Below, piece by piece: positions 27,042 to 29,642 of a stretch of DNA of 29,642 nt. The translations under genes were made by a program, and so were the position numbers. The stretch lies in the NCBI GenBank assembly GCA_964005845.1, contig CAXFTV010000594.1, forward strand, positions 1 to 29,642, given 5' to 3'. The notes beneath the pieces are model-generated. The model was not told the DNA's origin. It worked only from the letters and a program-made list of their open reading frames with translations, and made no database searches. Every line of letters starts with the position of its first letter. Positions within the stretch are counted from its first letter, which is position 1. Source of the DNA: an uncultured bacterium. Its GTDB lineage: Bacteria; Latescibacterota; UBA2968; UBA8231.

Positions 27042-27068
27042 CTCGCAAGCGCACATCCCGCTTGCGAG
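27042..27068. promoter_or_regulatory. 10-bp perfect hairpin in the SDR / NlpC-P60 divergent intergenic region
   Basis: CTCGCAAGCG-CACATCC-CGCTTGCGAG, no U-tract. Confidence 0.4.
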
Positions 27069-27131
27069 GCACTGCGACAAATCTTAAGTTAGGTACACCC
27101 CACCGAATCCGCTCATTCTGCAAACAGCCAA

Positions 27132-27653
27132 ATGTACCCTCTCTTAGGAATCCTTTGTTTCCTGTTGCTCCTGAACAGCTGCGCTTCAATTGCGCCAGCT
27201 CCGCGCTACACCAAAGCCGCAACCCGGGATGGTTCCACCAAAATCGTCAGGGAGCTGAAAAAGCGCCAGCGCGGCGGCAAAAATCGCCTCTTGCGAGTTG
27301 TCGACAGTTATCTGGGCGTTCCCTATAAATGGGGTGGGACCACTCGTCAAGGCATGGATTGCTCGGCTTTTGCACGCGCCATCTACCGCGAAACTTACGG
27401 CGTCGAATTGCCCCGCACATCCAAACAAATGTACCAGCTTGGTCAGAAAGTTTACCCACAACAAAGCCTGAAGCCCGGCGATCTGGTCTTTTTCAAAGAC
27501 ACTTATTCGGGACCAGGCGTTTCCCATGTGGGCGTATACATCGGCAAGGGCCGCTTTGCCCATGCCAGTTCCAGCGCGGGTGGGGTCATCACCGGGCTCG
27601 AAAGTTCCTATTTTAAAAAGCGCTACGCCGGAGCGCGGAGAATCGCGCGCTAA
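27132..27653 (+). CDS. NlpC/P60 (C40) cell-wall endopeptidase lipoprotein, MepS/Spr-like
   Basis: Signal peptide with lipobox LNSC; LGVPYKWGG, GMDCSAF, LPRTS, PGDLVFF, SHVGVY and FAHAS (Cys-His-His). Confidence 0.96.
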   Translation: MYPLLGILCFLLLLNSCASIAPAPRYTKAATRDGSTKIVRELKKRQRGGKNRLLRVVDSYLGVPYKWGGTTRQGMDCSAFARAIYRETYGVELPRTSKQMYQLGQKVYPQQSLKPGDLVFFKDTYSGPGVSHVGVYIGKGRFAHASSSAGGVITGLESSYFKKRYAGARRIAR

Positions 27654-29006
27654 ATGTCAACCTTTCCCCTTTGCTGGCTGCGCCGCAACGGCCCTTTCCT
27701 AGTGGTTGGTCTCGCCATTGAAGCAGCGCTGCTCTATCTGCTCTATCTGGGTGATTTGCACACCCGGATTCCACTGTTCTGGTGCGGTGCCTTTGCCGCT
27801 TTTGGATTCTATCTCCTCGGCACTTACCTGGTAATATATCGGCCAACTGGATCAGTACACCTGATTCTACTTCTCGCCCTGGCCTTCCGCCTGACCATGT
27901 GGTGGAGTCCTCCCACTCTTTCGGACGACATCTACCGCTACGTCTGGGACGGCCGCGTCCAATTGGCCGGCATCAACCCCTATCGGCATCCCCCGGAAGC
28001 ACCAGTACTGTCGCCGCTGCGCGACGCGCTCTATCCCGGCATCAATCACAAGGAAATCCCGACGATTTACCCTCCCCTGAGCCAGTTGTTTTTTCGTCTG
28101 GTGTGCACCTTTCAGCCGGGCCTGGGAATGATGAAATTTGCCCTTATGACGATCGAGTGCGCTATCGTGCTCCTGCTTGTTAAAATTCTATTGCAACAGC
28201 GCCGGGATCCCCGCCGGGTTCTGCTCTACGCCTGGAATCCGCTGCCCCCGATCGAAATTGCCGGCAGCGGCCACAGCGATGCCCTCGGCGTTTTCTTTTT
28301 ATTACTGGCGCTCTACGGACTGTCAGCCGGACGCAAAACTGCTGCGGTCTGGGCCCTGAGCGCTGCTTTTCTCAGCAAGCTTCTGCCCATTCTGGCCCTG
28401 CCGCTTTTCTGGCGCCGCATGGGGGAACATCCTTTCCACCCTCGGGGGCGCTGGCCCCTGATCTTGTTCCCCGTTCTGGGTTCCCTCGGTTTTCTTCTCT
28501 TCGCCGACGGCGGCACCCACTTGTTCACCGGCCTGCAGACATACCTGCTGAAGTGGCGCTTCAACGATGCTTTGTTCTCACTTTTTTATGAAATCATCAA
28601 AAATCCCAGCCTCGAATGGGACGATGCCGCACTGCTACTAACCAGGCAGATCTTTACCGGCATCCTGCTGCTCACCGCTCTTTGGGCACCGCTGAAATAT
28701 GCAAACCCCTATCGCGCCACCTTCATAATCATGGCTGTTTATCTGCTGCTATCGCCCACGCTGCACCCCTGGTACCTGCTGTGGCTACTGCCCTTCCTAA
28801 CCCTGTTTCCACAACCGGCCTGGATAATTTTGAGCGGCCTCATCTTCCTTGCTTATGAAGTATTGATTGGCTATAGTATGAACAATGTTTGGGACGAACG
28901 CGACTGGGTGAAATGGACTCAGTTTGGGCCATTTTTTTTGCTCCTGATCCTGCAGTTAGCGCTCGCGCGCCGGCGCCGCAAAGACACCCAGGAATCCAAG
29001 ATATGA
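27654..29006 (+). CDS. Integral-membrane GT-C glycosyltransferase, GT87/DUF2029-like
   Basis: SDDIYRYVWDG, GINPY, YPPL, WNPL..EIAGSGHSD and HPWY; multiple TM segments; starts directly after the NlpC/P60 TAA. Confidence 0.85.
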   Translation: MSTFPLCWLRRNGPFLVVGLAIEAALLYLLYLGDLHTRIPLFWCGAFAAFGFYLLGTYLVIYRPTGSVHLILLLALAFRLTMWWSPPTLSDDIYRYVWDGRVQLAGINPYRHPPEAPVLSPLRDALYPGINHKEIPTIYPPLSQLFFRLVCTFQPGLGMMKFALMTIECAIVLLLVKILLQQRRDPRRVLLYAWNPLPPIEIAGSGHSDALGVFFLLLALYGLSAGRKTAAVWALSAAFLSKLLPILALPLFWRRMGEHPFHPRGRWPLILFPVLGSLGFLLFADGGTHLFTGLQTYLLKWRFNDALFSLFYEIIKNPSLEWDDAALLLTRQIFTGILLLTALWAPLKYANPYRATFIIMAVYLLLSPTLHPWYLLWLLPFLTLFPQPAWIILSGLIFLAYEVLIGYSMNNVWDERDWVKWTQFGPFFLLLILQLALARRRRKDTQESKI

Positions 29007-29611
29007 GATATCTCCGGACAAACCGGGTAGCTCCCTGTTTCGCTACCTGTGGACCGGACTGGGCGCAATTAGAGGTGCGACCTGGCGGGCCGCCCCCTCG
29101 GGAGCGCGGAGATAATCTCTCCGAAAGCTTCCTGGGCAACTCCAGAGCAAGCGCATGAGAAGTCGATCTGCCCATCGCGCCCAAAACCGGCTCGAGTGCC
29201 AAATTGGAACTAAAATCTGTGCCCTGAGTCCATGCCCCTACAGCATTGGCCACAGGACAAAAATTCTGCCGCTGACCAAAGGCTCTGCTGGCCAGTTCGC
29301 AACGGCCGCTGCCGCAACAGCTGCTGGAAAAGATTTCGCACCCCGATATGACATACAGGTCTTTCCTGCCTATATTTTTGCTACGGAATTTACCCGCAGC
29401 CTCCGCTTTTGGCGGGTGCTGCACACGGTGGCAAAAAAGTGGCAACTATTTGTTTATCTCGTGCATCTTCACTACTACCTGCTGGTCGGAGCGCTACCTT
29501 CGACCGGATCGGCTGGATCTGTTTGTGCCCGATTGGATTCCGGATGTCGAAGATGAAACTTTCTACTTCTGTGCCCGTGGTCGCGCGAATATCCGCGTCC
29601 ACCATCTGTAG
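29003..29611 (+). pseudogene. Interrupted or frameshifted coding-like region (one or two genes, product unknown)
   Basis: ATG overlaps the GT87 stop (ATGA). Genome-typical codon stretches switch between frames, and the last segment reads ...RPDRLDLFVPDWIPDVEDETFYFCARGRANIRVHHL-TAG. Confidence 0.45.
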
Positions 29612-29642
29612 CCGCCCGGCGCCCTGGACGCGATTGCCGGAG

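Noticed and set aside
28840-29445. 201-aa minus-strand ORF and other long antisense ORFs across the window
   Set aside because: Shadow ORFs typical of high-GC coding strands; no motifs or SD.
1-29642. Genome-wide TGA reassignment (code 4/25) to explain the 29003-29611 frame
   Set aside because: map, GT2, glcE, apbE, yggS, ileS and lspA all end at TGA exactly at their family C-termini.
1-29642. CRISPR arrays, IS/transposases, integrases, prophage genes, tRNA/rRNA, T-box or riboswitch
   Set aside because: No regularly spaced repeats, no recombinase or phage motifs and no recognisable RNA gene in the short intergenic regions (read by eye only).

Overview
GC-rich (roughly 55-60% by eye) bacterial chromosomal window, densely coding, with about 27 intact CDS. 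I saw no mobile element, CRISPR array, rRNA or tRNA. The yggS-yggT-ileS(type 2)-dksA/traR(HMADxGTD type)-lspA-rluD block, the fused secDF and the scattered orphan sugar-acid enzymes suggest an FCB-superphylum diderm such as a Latescibacterota-like MAG; this is inference. Left to right: end of an upstream gene, a long bidirectional terminator, a small Cys-containing hypothetical, map, a GT2/IolI-like/macrodomain cluster, a DUF1854 + N-terminally extended ABC exporter pair, a PLP lyase-glcD-cupin-glcE operon lacking glcF, an enolase-superfamily dehydratase, ispB-apbE-secDF-degenerate cation/proton antiporter, the ileS operon, a Gfo/Idh/MocA + SDR pair, an NlpC/P60 lipoprotein + GT87-like glycosyltransferase, and a broken coding region at the right end. 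Best candidates for undescribed biology: (1) the GT2 at 1391-2407, which looks co-linear with the eukaryotic queuosine-tRNA galactosyltransferase QTGAL/B3GNTL1; (2) the ABC exporter with a PH-like domain and zinc ribbon coupled to DUF1854, without cyanophycin genes; (3) the divergent PLP lyase-glcD-cupin-glcE operon. All family assignments come from motif recognition and recall, not from database searches.
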